DNA of 64,000 nt from an uncultured archaeon (GTDB lineage: Archaea; Aenigmatarchaeota; Aenigmatarchaeia; Aenigmatarchaeales; Aenigmatarchaeaceae). Below are positions 18,494 to 28,556 of the stretch, one piece after another (positions within the stretch are counted from its first letter, which is position 1; the number at the start of each line of letters is the position of its first letter). The stretch is taken from contig CAYFXV010000003.1 of assembly GCA_964347265.1 (NCBI GenBank), positions 3,001-67,000 on the forward strand, given 5' to 3'. A program made the translations under genes and the position numbers. The notes under the pieces are model-generated. The model was not told the origin of the DNA and did not search any database. It worked only from the letters and a program-made list of their open reading frames with translations.

Positions 18494-18868
18494 ATGCTAG
18501 AAAACAAGAAATTAAAAATTTGGCAATGGCTTTTACTACTTTTAATAGGATTCTTATTTCCGATCTATAATATTTTAATAAACAACTTTCTTTTGTTTTT
18601 TAATTTGCAATTAATTTATTATATTATTTCAGTTATGGTATCAACTATTATTTTTTCTTTAGTCCTTTTCCTTATATTTAATTATTTTAGAAAGAGGACA
18701 AAATTTGAAAAAAGAATAGATACTGCTTTTATGCTTTATGTTTTATCTGTTAGTTTTGGTTGTTTTTTCACTGAAAGAACAGGAGGAATTGGAATTTTTG
18801 TATTTCCATTTTTAATAGCATACTATTTAGAAATAAAGAAAATTCTTAATGAGTTCCCAAGAGAATAA
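18494..18868 (+). CDS. Hypothetical polytopic membrane protein (124 aa)
   Basis: Three hydrophobic helices. Sits between the 5S rRNA and tRNA-Tyr. Confidence 0.4.
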   Translation: MLENKKLKIWQWLLLLLIGFLFPIYNILINNFLLFFNLQLIYYIISVMVSTIIFSLVLFLIFNYFRKRTKFEKRIDTAFMLYVLSVSFGCFFTERTGGIGIFVFPFLIAYYLEIKKILNEFPRE

Positions 18869-18873
18869 AATTA

Positions 18874-18987
18874 TCCCGACTGAGGGATTCGCACCCTCAA
18901 CCTATCGGTTTCTGAGCAATTGCTGAGTGAGCAATACTATAAAGTAAAACTCTACAGCCGATCGCTCTACTGTTGAGCTAAGTCGGG
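18874..18987 (-). tRNA. tRNA-Tyr (GUA) with a ~42-nt intron and the archaeal/eukaryal C1-G72 identity pair
   Basis: Reverse complement: acceptor CCCGACT/AGTCGGG (C1-G72), D-arm GCTC-AACAGTA-GAGC, anticodon stem ATCGG/CCGAT with loop CTGTA(G)[intron]A(A), T-arm GAGGG-TGCGAAT-CCCTC, discriminator A. Confidence 0.7.
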
Positions 18988-19028
18988 CTATTCAGAATTA
19001 ATTTTACAAGTATTTAAAAATTTATTCA

Positions 19029-20102
19029 TTAAGTTAAACTTCTTATGGCATCAAAAATTTTAGGATCTTTTGGTGTGTAATCTCTTTTTAGAATTCCAAA
19101 ATGATGTTCTTGAGGCAAAATTGTTTGAAATTTACGTGGGAATTGAGTTATATCATTTAAACAATACCAAGTAGCAACTGGCACGTCTTCACTAGAAATA
19201 ACTTTGGTTGCATCTCTAAAAAACCTAGTTTGTGCTTGAGGTGTATGAGAAGATAATTTTGTTTGTGGATATGCATAAAATCCATACTCAAAAACCCAAA
19301 CATCTATATCTTCATGCCCCAAAGATTTTAGACATTTTCTCGTTTCCCTAATTTTATCTCTCCAAGAATGTGCATTTCCTAGCTCATAACTTCCAGGATA
19401 TGAGTCAAGTCCCAAAACATCAACATGTTTTAATGCTCTTTCATTTTCTAAACTTCTAATAAAGTCAAGTGCACCCCATTGCCAACTAATATTTACAGCA
19501 GCAAGTGCATTAGGGTCTGTTTCATGCATTTTTTTACGTGTTTCTTTGAAAAGATGTGCAAATTCTTCTCGAGAATCTAACCAAAAACCAAACGAATTAG
19601 GCTCATTAAAAACATTGTATACCCCAACCTTTCCTGCATATCTACCAACAACGTCTTCCACATATTCCAAATAATCTCCCATTTTTCTTGGCATTCTCAT
19701 GCTTCCTGTTACCCAATTGCCGATAACAGGCAAAACTTTAATTCCTCTTTTTTGAGCCTCATCAACTATTTTATCAGTTTTTTCAAAATAATTTTTATGT
19801 TTTTTATATGGAAACTCTGTTCTTAACCATCTTCCATTAACATTCTCAATCACATCTAAAGTTTTTGTTATGTCTGTAGAAGAAGAAAACTCTTGTATAA
19901 GTGAACAAAAACCAAACTCAGTTTTAGAATTTTGTCGAGGAAAATGTCTTCTAATTATTTCTCCATTATCTCTATCTGGATAAGAGGACCTTATGCTTCT
20001 AGCTTTTTGATATATAAGATTTGCTACACCGATTGGGAAATAACAACTCTTACCAACTGCGTCTCCCACTTTATGCCTTAAAAAGTCTTGAATCTCATTC
20101 AT
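19029..20102 (-). CDS. Glycoside hydrolase, TIM-barrel clan GH-A (GH5-like), no signal peptide
   Basis: An NEP acid/base motif (YNVFNEPNSFGFW) and an FEYG nucleophile motif (VWVFEYGFYAY). Length 357 aa. Confidence 0.55.
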   Translation of the reverse strand: MNEIQDFLRHKVGDAVGKSCYFPIGVANLIYQKARSIRSSYPDRDNGEIIRRHFPRQNSKTEFGFCSLIQEFSSSTDITKTLDVIENVNGRWLRTEFPYKKHKNYFEKTDKIVDEAQKRGIKVLPVIGNWVTGSMRMPRKMGDYLEYVEDVVGRYAGKVGVYNVFNEPNSFGFWLDSREEFAHLFKETRKKMHETDPNALAAVNISWQWGALDFIRSLENERALKHVDVLGLDSYPGSYELGNAHSWRDKIRETRKCLKSLGHEDIDVWVFEYGFYAYPQTKLSSHTPQAQTRFFRDATKVISSEDVPVATWYCLNDITQFPRKFQTILPQEHHFGILKRDYTPKDPKIFDAIRSLT

Positions 20103-20181
20103 AATAACTACTTAATAGTGGTTATATGATATATTTAAACTTAATTACTCTGAAAGAGAATGAAAAATAAGAAAAAAGTCA

Positions 20182-21582
20182 TTATTTCTTTACTTTCACT
20201 GTAACAAATTTTACTTCTTTTTTTTCTGGGCTCAAAGAAATTTTATTAGATCTTTGATGAACAATTTTCTTTTTTTGAAGTGCCTTTGCGCTTGCTGAAG
20301 GTAATCTCTTTGTTTTAGCTTCTGCTGTTGGTTTAATTGTATAATGTAGAACCCTTTCTTCATGAGGTTTTAATTTACCTACTTTCCAATTAAGCTCTAC
20401 ACCCTTAGCTATTTTTCTTATTACAGGTTTAACAGTTTCGAACTTATCAACAATAGAATATCCAGAAGGGACAACATCTTTTATAACTGCTTTATCAATT
20501 TCCTTTTTCTTGCTTTTTAGATGTAGAGAAACTGAAATGTTTTTTCCAGTTTTGGTTCTTCTTCCACCATGAATAATCTTAGTAAAGTTAAAAGCTGTTG
20601 ACTGCCAATAAGCTAAACCTATAATTGCAACAATAAATAGTATGATAACATATGTTGGCCAATATATTTCTGAATAAGTTATGGTCTTACTCTCATTTGG
20701 TTCTAAACTAACCTTCCAATAATAATGATCAGCAATTGCCATGCCTGTTGGCGAAGGTCCTGAATATATAGAATACCATGTTTGAGGATTAACAGATCTC
20801 AGATCAGCCTCCGAAACACTGTTTCCATTATTTGTTGCAGTTACTGTTACAATGCTTCCAAAAATTGTTGATGAAATGTCTTTATCATAAATTATATTTT
20901 CTATAAAGGGTATTTTAAATGAGGCTGACTCTTCATACATCATCCTTCCTTCAACATCAATTAATTTTGCTTCAACTGTATAATCTCCAGGTTTCCAACC
21001 TACCAAAGAAAAACTAGTTTCAAACTCTTCTTTACCAAATACATTAACAAAGCCTATATGAAGTGTTTTTGTCTGATCTCCTAGTTTAAAAATTATTGAA
21101 AGATCTATTGGATTAGAACCAACATTGTAAACTGTTCCAGAAACATCAACTTTATCAATGCATTCGCTACAACTTAATTTGAAATCTTTTATTATAGCAT
21201 TTGTTATTTGTTTAATCTTTAATAATATAGACTTTTCTAAAACAGAACCTGTACTAATTCTTTTTATTTTAAGAAAATATTGATATGGATAAAGTAATGG
21301 TACAACATCTTTTGGAGGTTCGACTTTTATTCTTGTTTCTTCACTTCCTCCTGTTGAAACCCTCAATGAAAATGTTTCAGCTTCAACCCAATCCTCTGGT
21401 CCTATAAGACCTATTGAAAACCAGTCTTCAAACATTGGATTGTTTATTTTTAAAGTTATATAATCTGTATGAGTTGCAACATAAAAATCTTTTACGTCTA
21501 GATCTATTGAAAAATCTTGAGCAAATGTTATCGGGCTCAATATGAGAAATGTCAAAAGAAATGAAAGTACAATCTTTTTCAT
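20182..21582 (-). CDS. Type I membrane protein with a large extracellular domain (466 aa)
   Basis: Signal peptide MKKIVLSFLLTFLILSPITFA, a TM at about residues 308-328, and a Lys-rich cytoplasmic tail. Confidence 0.5.
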   Translation of the reverse strand: MKKIVLSFLLTFLILSPITFAQDFSIDLDVKDFYVATHTDYITLKINNPMFEDWFSIGLIGPEDWVEAETFSLRVSTGGSEETRIKVEPPKDVVPLLYPYQYFLKIKRISTGSVLEKSILLKIKQITNAIIKDFKLSCSECIDKVDVSGTVYNVGSNPIDLSIIFKLGDQTKTLHIGFVNVFGKEEFETSFSLVGWKPGDYTVEAKLIDVEGRMMYEESASFKIPFIENIIYDKDISSTIFGSIVTVTATNNGNSVSEADLRSVNPQTWYSIYSGPSPTGMAIADHYYWKVSLEPNESKTITYSEIYWPTYVIILFIVAIIGLAYWQSTAFNFTKIIHGGRRTKTGKNISVSLHLKSKKKEIDKAVIKDVVPSGYSIVDKFETVKPVIRKIAKGVELNWKVGKLKPHEERVLHYTIKPTAEAKTKRLPSASAKALQKKKIVHQRSNKISLSPEKKEVKFVTVKVKK

Positions 21583-21605
21583 AACAAAGATTTATACATG
21601 CAAAC

Positions 21606-22064
21606 TTAAATATTTTTATATCCTCGTTTTTTTAGCTTATAAGCTATTATTAATAGTATCAAAATTATAAAGAGAAATATAATTGCATACAAACCGCCTG
21701 ACTCAAAATATGTTAATAAAACAAATACAAATTCAAGTTCTGGAAAAACATCAGATACTGTTCCTGCAATCGAAGTTAATAAGTCAGCAATAAAATAATT
21801 GGAAATCGCAAAAATTATGATAATTCCAATTAGCAGTAAAAAAACAGTATAAATGAGTTCTTTTAAGATTCTAAGGATTACGGGTTGTTTTTTTTGTTGA
21901 GGAACTGTTGGAGTAGTACTTTGGGGTGCAGCAACAGTTTTAGGAGCATGGTCCGAACAATAAATCTTACCTTTGTCTATAAACTTACAATCTGAACATA
22001 CAACTCTATTGCAAACTGAACAAAAATATTCTCCTTCTTTTTTTCCACATCTTTGACATTTCAT
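21606..22064 (-). CDS. Zinc-ribbon (B-box-like) protein with a C-terminal membrane domain
   Basis: N-terminal CxxC..CxxC..CxxC..C..H cluster (MKCQRCGKKEGEYFCSVCNRVVCSDCKF...CSDH) followed by two TM helices. Confidence 0.5.
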   Translation of the reverse strand: MKCQRCGKKEGEYFCSVCNRVVCSDCKFIDKGKIYCSDHAPKTVAAPQSTTPTVPQQKKQPVILRILKELIYTVFLLLIGIIIIFAISNYFIADLLTSIAGTVSDVFPELEFVFVLLTYFESGGLYAIIFLFIILILLIIAYKLKKRGYKNI

Positions 22065-22072
22065 ATTATCAT

Positions 22073-23290
22073 TTAAACAATCTCAGAATAACCAATTAAT
22101 CTCCATCTTTCTGATATTTTCCTGGACAAAACAACTCTATCATTTTTATCAGCACATACTGGTAATTTTAATTCAATTTCTATAATATTTTTTTTCACAT
22201 CTTTAACAATACCTAATGTTCTGCTTGTTCCTACATTTAACATTATTTGTTCCTCTACTTTTATTGGTTCAACTTTTTCCTCAAGTGATTTTTCAAATAA
22301 ATTAACTTTCAAATTTAACTTGTCTAAAATAGGAGGCAATTCAGCTCCTGCAAGAGAACCAGCTAAATAATCGGCTTTGGTAAGGCTTGGATCTAATTCT
22401 GTTAAAACTCCTAACAAACCTCCTGGACCAGCTTTCTCTAAATTCTTTCCTGCTTTTTGCAAACCAGCAACTTTTATTTTTAAAGGAACCCATTTATTTT
22501 TTAAAAAAAATCCAGGTTTTATTTCGATATCATCATTTATTTTTAATTCACCCTCTATCAAAGCGCCTCCAATAACACCTCCTTTTAAATTTTCTATCTC
22601 TGTTCCAGGTTTATTAATATCAAAAGATCTTGCAACCAACATTTTAGTGGGTTTAGAAGTATCTCTTTGAGGTGTTGGTATATTGCTTTGAATAGCTTCT
22701 AAGACAGCTTTAATGTTTATTTTATTTTGTGCAGAAATAGGAATTATTGGAGCATTCTCCGCTACTGTTCCTTTAACAAATTCTTTTATTTTTTTATAGT
22801 GTTCTAAAGCCTCTTCTTTGCTAACTATATCTATTTTAGTTTGAACAATAACTATATTTTTTATTCCAACTATGTTTAGAACCATCATATGTTCTCTTGT
22901 TTGTGGTTGTGGACAATCCTCATTTGCTGCTATAACAAAAAGAATACCATCCATTAAACTTGCTCCTGCCAATACGGTTGCCATTAAAGTTTCATGACCG
23001 GGAGCATCCACAAAAGAAATTGTTCTTTGGGGTTCACATTTTTCAGAACAATTAGAACATTTTTCTGTAGGACAAAAAATATTACATTTATCACATTTAT
23101 ATATTGTCGCATCAGCATAACCAAGTTTTATTGTAATTCCTCTTTTTAATTCTTCAGAATGTACTGCAGGCCATTTTCCAGAAATAGCCTGAACCAAAGT
23201 AGACTTTCCATGATCAACATGACCAAGTGTACCAATGTTAACTTCTGGTATTAATCTTGGGTCTATTTCTTTTTTTGGAATTTTATTCAC
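22073..23290 (-). CDS. eif2g: Translation initiation factor 2 gamma subunit
   Basis: GHVDHGKST G1 motif, a zinc ribbon (CDKCNIFCPTEKCSNCSEKC) and EF-Tu-like domains II and III. Length 405 aa. Confidence 0.9.
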   Translation of the reverse strand: MNKIPKKEIDPRLIPEVNIGTLGHVDHGKSTLVQAISGKWPAVHSEELKRGITIKLGYADATIYKCDKCNIFCPTEKCSNCSEKCEPQRTISFVDAPGHETLMATVLAGASLMDGILFVIAANEDCPQPQTREHMMVLNIVGIKNIVIVQTKIDIVSKEEALEHYKKIKEFVKGTVAENAPIIPISAQNKINIKAVLEAIQSNIPTPQRDTSKPTKMLVARSFDINKPGTEIENLKGGVIGGALIEGELKINDDIEIKPGFFLKNKWVPLKIKVAGLQKAGKNLEKAGPGGLLGVLTELDPSLTKADYLAGSLAGAELPPILDKLNLKVNLFEKSLEEKVEPIKVEEQIMLNVGTSRTLGIVKDVKKNIIEIELKLPVCADKNDRVVLSRKISERWRLIGYSEIV

Positions 23291-23855
23291 CTTCTTTCTT
23301 AGGTTCTTCCTTAACTTCTTTTTTCTCTTCTTTTACTTCTTGTGGTTTTGTTTCAGGTTTTTGTTCCTCTGGCTTTTCTTCTTCCTTTTTCTCTTCAGGT
23401 TTTTTTTCTTCTCTGGGTTCAACTTCTTGTTTTGGTACTTCTTCTTTCTTTTCTTCTTTAGGTTTTATACCTAAAATCATAGGAATATTACCTTCACCCT
23501 CTACAACTTTGCAATTAATCTGGATAATATTTTCGGATATTATATTTCCTCTAATGTATTTTCTTTTTCTCATTCCTTTTCTTTTGTATTTCTTTTTCTT
23601 TATTTTTTTAAATCCTCTAAAACCAATTCCTTTGGTTAACAAAGCTTTTTTTCTTAATGATCCTAGTAAGTCTGGTCTCATAGGAAATCCATCTTTATCA
23701 CTTCCACCAGTTATCTGTAAAGTAAATCCTGATAAACCTATTAAAGAACCATCAAACTTATCTCCAATTTTCTTTCCAATAAAAGAAGGTGCATCTTTTT
23801 CTATTTGCCAAGCTTTCCTAGATTTTGGTTCTGAAATTACAATTTTAAATGCCAT
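23283..23855 (-). CDS. rps6e: Ribosomal protein S6e with a ~55-aa Lys/Glu-rich C-terminal extension
   Basis: MAFKIVISEPKSRKAWQIE...GFTLQITGGSDKDGFPMRPDL matches S6e. There is an 8-nt overlap with the eif2g start. The tail is a KEKE low-complexity stretch. Confidence 0.85.
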   Translation of the reverse strand: MAFKIVISEPKSRKAWQIEKDAPSFIGKKIGDKFDGSLIGLSGFTLQITGGSDKDGFPMRPDLLGSLRKKALLTKGIGFRGFKKIKKKKYKRKGMRKRKYIRGNIISENIIQINCKVVEGEGNIPMILGIKPKEEKKEEVPKQEVEPREEKKPEEKKEEEKPEEQKPETKPQEVKEEKKEVKEEPKKEGE

Positions 23856-23940
23856 AGTTTTTCACCTCCCCAGTTTCTGCTTATTAGGCACATTTCCGGG
23901 TTGTTTAATAATTATAATCAATGCGCAATATATTTAAAGT

Positions 23941-24411
23941 TTGATTTTTTTAACCTTTCTTATGAATAAAGAAAAATTAGTAGATGATATCCTTGAAAAA
24001 ATCAAAAAAGCTAAAGAAACAGGAGATTATGATTTCATATGGAAAGATTCATTGGAAAGAAGACTTACTTGGTATGAAGAAAACAAAGATAAATTAGAAC
24101 TTGATGGCTCTGAAGTTAAGAAAGCATATACAATACTTCTTTTAAATTATATGGGTTTAGATCCAAAAGAGGTTCCTGTCGTTTATGAGGATGAAAAAAA
24201 AATTATTTGGAAATCATTTAGTTGGTGTCCTGTTTTGGAAGCTTGTAAAAAAGGTAATTTTGACACAAGAGAAGTTTGTAAAAAAGGTTGGGAAAAATCT
24301 GTACAAGAGTTTGTTGAAGAAATTAATCCTAAAATAAAATTTTCTAGAAATTATGAAAAGATAAGACCTCATGCTAAATATTGTGAAGAAACTTTTGAAT
24401 TAGTTGAGTGA
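23941..24411 (+). CDS. Hypothetical Cys-containing cytosolic protein
   Basis: 156-aa ORF (likely start MNKEKL at 23962). CPVLEACKKG...CKKGW motif. No confident family. Confidence 0.4.
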   Translation: MIFLTFLMNKEKLVDDILEKIKKAKETGDYDFIWKDSLERRLTWYEENKDKLELDGSEVKKAYTILLLNYMGLDPKEVPVVYEDEKKIIWKSFSWCPVLEACKKGNFDTREVCKKGWEKSVQEFVEEINPKIKFSRNYEKIRPHAKYCEETFELVE

Positions 24412-24445
24412 GTTCTAATTTTAAGTAGAAATACCAAATATTTTT

Positions 24446-25171
24446 ATGAAGAAAAAGAGGTTTTGGGAAATAGATCTTTTACGAGGAATTGCAATAATTA
24501 AGATGGTAATTTTTAACTGGTCCTTTACACTTTTCTATCTTGGTATATATACCTTCACAGAAGGAATGGCATTTCCCGGAGCAGCTGCGGCAGTTTTTAT
24601 TTTTCTAGTTGGTTTGTCCTTAACAATAAGCTACAGCAGAGTTAAGCATAAGAAATCAAAAGAAATTTATAAAAAGTATTTTTCAAGAGGTTTGAAAATA
24701 TTTGGTTATGGTATTTTAATAACTATTATAACGTTTATAACTTTTCCAGAAGCTTTTATAATTTTTGGGATTCTTCATCTTATAGGAGTTTCTGTAATCC
24801 TTGGACAATTCTTTCTAAATTTTAAAAAACTGAATCTTTTCTTAGGATTAATAATTATTGTTTTAGGTCTTTATCTAAGGAATTTTAGTTTTGATTTTTC
24901 ATGGCTTTTATGGTTGGGTTTTACTCCAAAAAACTATTATACATTTGATTACTTTCCAATTTTACCTTGGTTTGGAATTACTCTATTAGGTATATATTTT
25001 GGAAACCTGTTATATAAAAATGGAAAAAGAAGATTTAAAATTAAAGATGTTTCAAATGTTTCTATTGTAAAATTTTTAACATTTTTAGGAAGAAAATCAT
25101 TGATTATTTATCTAGTCCATCAACCTCTATTAGTAATCTTTTTATTAATTCTAGGTTTTAAGGTAATTTGA
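24446..25171 (+). CDS. DUF1624 / HGSNAT-like membrane acyltransferase family protein
   Basis: N-terminal RFWEIDLLRGIAIIKMVIFNW matches the DUF1624 signature (R..EID..RG.AI..MV..H/N). Polytopic. Confidence 0.5.
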   Translation: MKKKRFWEIDLLRGIAIIKMVIFNWSFTLFYLGIYTFTEGMAFPGAAAAVFIFLVGLSLTISYSRVKHKKSKEIYKKYFSRGLKIFGYGILITIITFITFPEAFIIFGILHLIGVSVILGQFFLNFKKLNLFLGLIIIVLGLYLRNFSFDFSWLLWLGFTPKNYYTFDYFPILPWFGITLLGIYFGNLLYKNGKRRFKIKDVSNVSIVKFLTFLGRKSLIIYLVHQPLLVIFLLILGFKVI

Positions 25172-26882
25172 TTTCTTCAGCAAGCTCAATCTCTTCTCTC
25201 ATGTTCAATTCTTTTAAAACTTTCAAATCATCTTCAGTAATAATAGTTGTTAGTTCATCTCCTTCTCTTATATGTCTTCCAACAACAGGTCCTTCAATAG
25301 AAATAGCAACCTTGTCTCCTGTAACAGCTTTTTCTAAAGACTTGTTTTCAGATTGTATTGCCTTTATTTCTCCAATCTCTTTTCCATTTTTCTTTAATTT
25401 ATAACCAGTTTTTATTGTTCCTGCCAAAATCTCTACTCCAACAATTGCTGGATGTGAAACATGGAATGTATGTCCTGGAATAATTTTAATCTTAGCTGGC
25501 AAAGTTATTGTTTCTAATTTTTCTAATCTAATTTTTTCTTGTGTTTCTTTGACAAATTCTTCATAACCTTCAGTAAGTTTGTAGATTATATTATTCTGTA
25601 AAATCTTTATTGACTTATCCTTAGCCTCCTTTGATGCTATTTCATCAATATTAACATTAAAAGCAATTATAAGTTTTTTCATTCTGTCTTTAACAGCTTC
25701 TATTTCAATAACATCTTTTCTCAGTACTTTTCCTGTTTCAGCTTTTCTAATAGGAACTTTGTTTTTAAAAATTCCTATTAATGCTTCTAAACTTCCTAAA
25801 TTGTCTGCTTTAAGAATTATACCTTCTCCTGCTTTTTCAAATTCTATTTCTTCTATTCCTGCTTGCAATTCTTTTTTTATTTCTTCTATTTGACTTCCTT
25901 CATGAACTGAAGCTATAGGACTTCCTGCAATAACATTTTCTAATTCAGGAGCTGCAATTTTTATTCCTGCAGCAGCAGTGGTATAATCAATATTATCAAA
26001 TCGTTTTTCAACTCTTATTTCTTTTAATGGTCTTGGTTTTAACAAAGCCTTTATTTTTGTTACTATTGGTTTTTTTCCTCCAATTATTATCCAATCTCCT
26101 TTTTTTATTTCTCCATCATAAAGAATAACATCAATTGTTGTTCCCAAACCTCTTAATTCTTTAACTTCTAATATAGAACCTCTACCAATTCCTCTAGAAA
26201 CTTCCAATTGTTCTTTAAGAAATGCTTGAGTTAGTCCAGCTAAAACAACTAACAACTCAGAAACGCCTTCTCCTGTTATTCCAGAACAAGGAACAATTGA
26301 AACTGTTTTCTTAAAATCTGTTACTCTGTCAAATCTTTCACATTCAAATCCTCTTTCTGATAATTGCCCTACTAATTTGTAGAATTTTTTATCAAAATTC
26401 TGTTTAACCCAGTCTGGCTGTTTATTAAAACTTTCTAAAAAACATTCTCCCTCATTTTGGATCCAACCTTCTATTCTATCAATCTTTGTAGCAGCAACAA
26501 AAAATGGTGTTTTGAATTCTTTTAAAAATTGTAATGACTCTTCTGTTTGTGCTTGGAATCCTTCGTTTATATCAATAACTAGAATTGCTAAATCTGCAAT
26601 AGAAGATCCTCTTTTTCTTATTGAAGTAAAGGCTTCGTGGCCAGGAGTGTCTATGAATAACAAACCTGGTATTGTAATTTCAATATTTAATTTCTCTAAA
26701 AGAGGACCGCATATTCTTTTTACAACATTTATTGGAATTTCTGTTGCTCCTATTGCTTGAGTTATTCCTCCTGCTTCTTTTGATTGAACAAAAGTTTTTC
26801 TAATCTTGTCTAGCAAAGTCGTTTTTCCATGGTCGACATGACCAATAGTAACTACAATAGGTTGCCTAATCATAAGTATCAA
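25158..26882 (-). CDS. infB: Translation initiation factor aIF5B (IF2 homolog), no intein
   Basis: RQPIVVTIGHVDHGKTTLLDKIR G-domain and the full beta-barrel and C-terminal domains. Length 574 aa. Confidence 0.9.
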   Translation of the reverse strand: MILMIRQPIVVTIGHVDHGKTTLLDKIRKTFVQSKEAGGITQAIGATEIPINVVKRICGPLLEKLNIEITIPGLLFIDTPGHEAFTSIRKRGSSIADLAILVIDINEGFQAQTEESLQFLKEFKTPFFVAATKIDRIEGWIQNEGECFLESFNKQPDWVKQNFDKKFYKLVGQLSERGFECERFDRVTDFKKTVSIVPCSGITGEGVSELLVVLAGLTQAFLKEQLEVSRGIGRGSILEVKELRGLGTTIDVILYDGEIKKGDWIIIGGKKPIVTKIKALLKPRPLKEIRVEKRFDNIDYTTAAAGIKIAAPELENVIAGSPIASVHEGSQIEEIKKELQAGIEEIEFEKAGEGIILKADNLGSLEALIGIFKNKVPIRKAETGKVLRKDVIEIEAVKDRMKKLIIAFNVNIDEIASKEAKDKSIKILQNNIIYKLTEGYEEFVKETQEKIRLEKLETITLPAKIKIIPGHTFHVSHPAIVGVEILAGTIKTGYKLKKNGKEIGEIKAIQSENKSLEKAVTGDKVAISIEGPVVGRHIREGDELTTIITEDDLKVLKELNMREEIELAEEIKLP

Positions 26883-26926
26883 GAATAATTAATTTTAGAA
26901 TTATTTAAAAGGTTATAAAAAAAGAA

Positions 26927-28369
26927 TTAATCTACAAATTCGTAATATCTATAACCTTCATCTACTTTAGAAGTGCCAAGATTAGCAAGAACAAATTCTT
27001 TTTTAGGTTCTAATACGCATTCTTCTATGCCTAAATCTTTTTCATGTAATCTTTCATAATCTTTAAGCGAGAGGTGTCCTTTTCTGTTTCTTTCTCTCTT
27101 ATCTAAACTTTTCAATAGATCAAGTTCTCTTACAACTTCTTTAAAATCTGGTTGTACAATTCCAGTAAATGCTTTGAACATAGAACCACTAGCATAAGAA
27201 CCAAAAACGAACCTCATTCCACTCAAATCAGTACCTTGTTGTGATTCTAATTCTAGCATGCTGCTTAAACCCATATAAAGAGAACCTGTATATGTATTAC
27301 CAGTTCTTTTAGCAGCCACTGCGCCTTTTTCTATTTTTTCAGCAAAGAATTCTTTAAATTGTTCAGTTTCTCTAACCTTTTTTCTAAATATTTTGGTAGC
27401 CTTTACGTCCTCTCTTTTTGGTTCTGGACCAACTACCTTTTCAATTTCTTTCCACATTGGAGTATTTCTTCTTTCGCGTACATACAAAGGTACAGATGCG
27501 TATTCTGCCATTCTATGAAATGGTAGATGAAGTAATATTCTATTCACCTTTTCAGTTAACAATTCTCCGTCTTTAATCAAACCTTGTTTTATTGCTCTTT
27601 TTCTATAGTTTATAAGAGCAGCCTTAGAAGTATCCAAATAACATTCAATAGATAAAGGACCGTCCACAACAGCTGTATGTCTATTTACTGGTCTGAAAAA
27701 ATCTCTTTCATCCCTACTAACTGTTGAAGTGATTTCTGCATTCATATTATTTTCTAATGCTATTAATCTAGGATTCTCTTTAACCAACATTGCAACAGAA
27801 CCAGCGCCTTGAGTAACTTCTTCTCTAGATTCTAAAGGATAAGTTGCAACATCAGTTGCAATCACCACTCCATATTTTCCTCTGTTCTTTCCAGTTTCTA
27901 TCCACTCAGCTAAAAGTTCTAAACCAGCTGTTGCGCCTGCACAAGCAAATTTTAAATCAAGAGGAGTACAATTTATCATCTCTCCTTTTTTACCCATTAA
28001 CCTTTCAACAGCCCCAACAATATACATGGCATTTGGTTTAGAATTATCAACAGGAGATTCAGTTCCAACATAAAATCTGCCTATTTCAGAAAGTTCAAGA
28101 TCATTTTCTTCTATAAGTTTTTTAAAAGACATTGCACCCATTGTGACAGGATCTTGTTTTCCATCAACAAAACCAAACTGATAAGCGCCTATACCTCTAG
28201 CAAGATAAGATGGCAAATTGGTTATATCTTTAAAAACTTCAGCAGATTTTCTTGATCTAGAAAATTCAGTTTCAATATATTCACCATTTACTCTTTCCTC
28301 TGGTACAAGATCTAATAATGTGCTAGGAACATAAGAGGCCATAGCGTCAATGCCAATAGTTTGTTTCAT
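26927..28369 (-). CDS. hmgS: Hydroxymethylglutaryl-CoA synthase, long eukaryote-like form
   Basis: VGTESPVDNSKP, DLKFACAGATAGL (catalytic Cys), GKYGVVIATDVATY and VDGPLSIECYL align block-for-block with eukaryotic HMGCS motifs (VGTETIIDKSKS, NACYGGT, VDGKLSIQCYL). Confidence 0.85.
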   Translation of the reverse strand: MKQTIGIDAMASYVPSTLLDLVPEERVNGEYIETEFSRSRKSAEVFKDITNLPSYLARGIGAYQFGFVDGKQDPVTMGAMSFKKLIEENDLELSEIGRFYVGTESPVDNSKPNAMYIVGAVERLMGKKGEMINCTPLDLKFACAGATAGLELLAEWIETGKNRGKYGVVIATDVATYPLESREEVTQGAGSVAMLVKENPRLIALENNMNAEITSTVSRDERDFFRPVNRHTAVVDGPLSIECYLDTSKAALINYRKRAIKQGLIKDGELLTEKVNRILLHLPFHRMAEYASVPLYVRERRNTPMWKEIEKVVGPEPKREDVKATKIFRKKVRETEQFKEFFAEKIEKGAVAAKRTGNTYTGSLYMGLSSMLELESQQGTDLSGMRFVFGSYASGSMFKAFTGIVQPDFKEVVRELDLLKSLDKRERNRKGHLSLKDYERLHEKDLGIEECVLEPKKEFVLANLGTSKVDEGYRYYEFVD

Positions 28370-28556
28370 TTTATCACCAAAAAATTAATCAGAATAATAT
28401 AAACGTTGAAATATAAATCTAACTACGGCATTTTTAAAAATAAGACAAAAGTCGTAAACAGGATTTAAATTTAAATAATTTTTGTTTTACAATTTTTCAG
28501 TTTTCTTCTTGAGATTTTATAAAGATTTTTTACTACTGCCAAGGTAAAAAAATATT

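Noticed and set aside
23235-23937. Plus-strand ORFs 23235..23474 and 23257..23937 (F/L/S-rich low complexity)
   Set aside because: They are the antisense shadow of the S6e KE-rich tail and upstream region. Composition is purely repetitive, with no start context.
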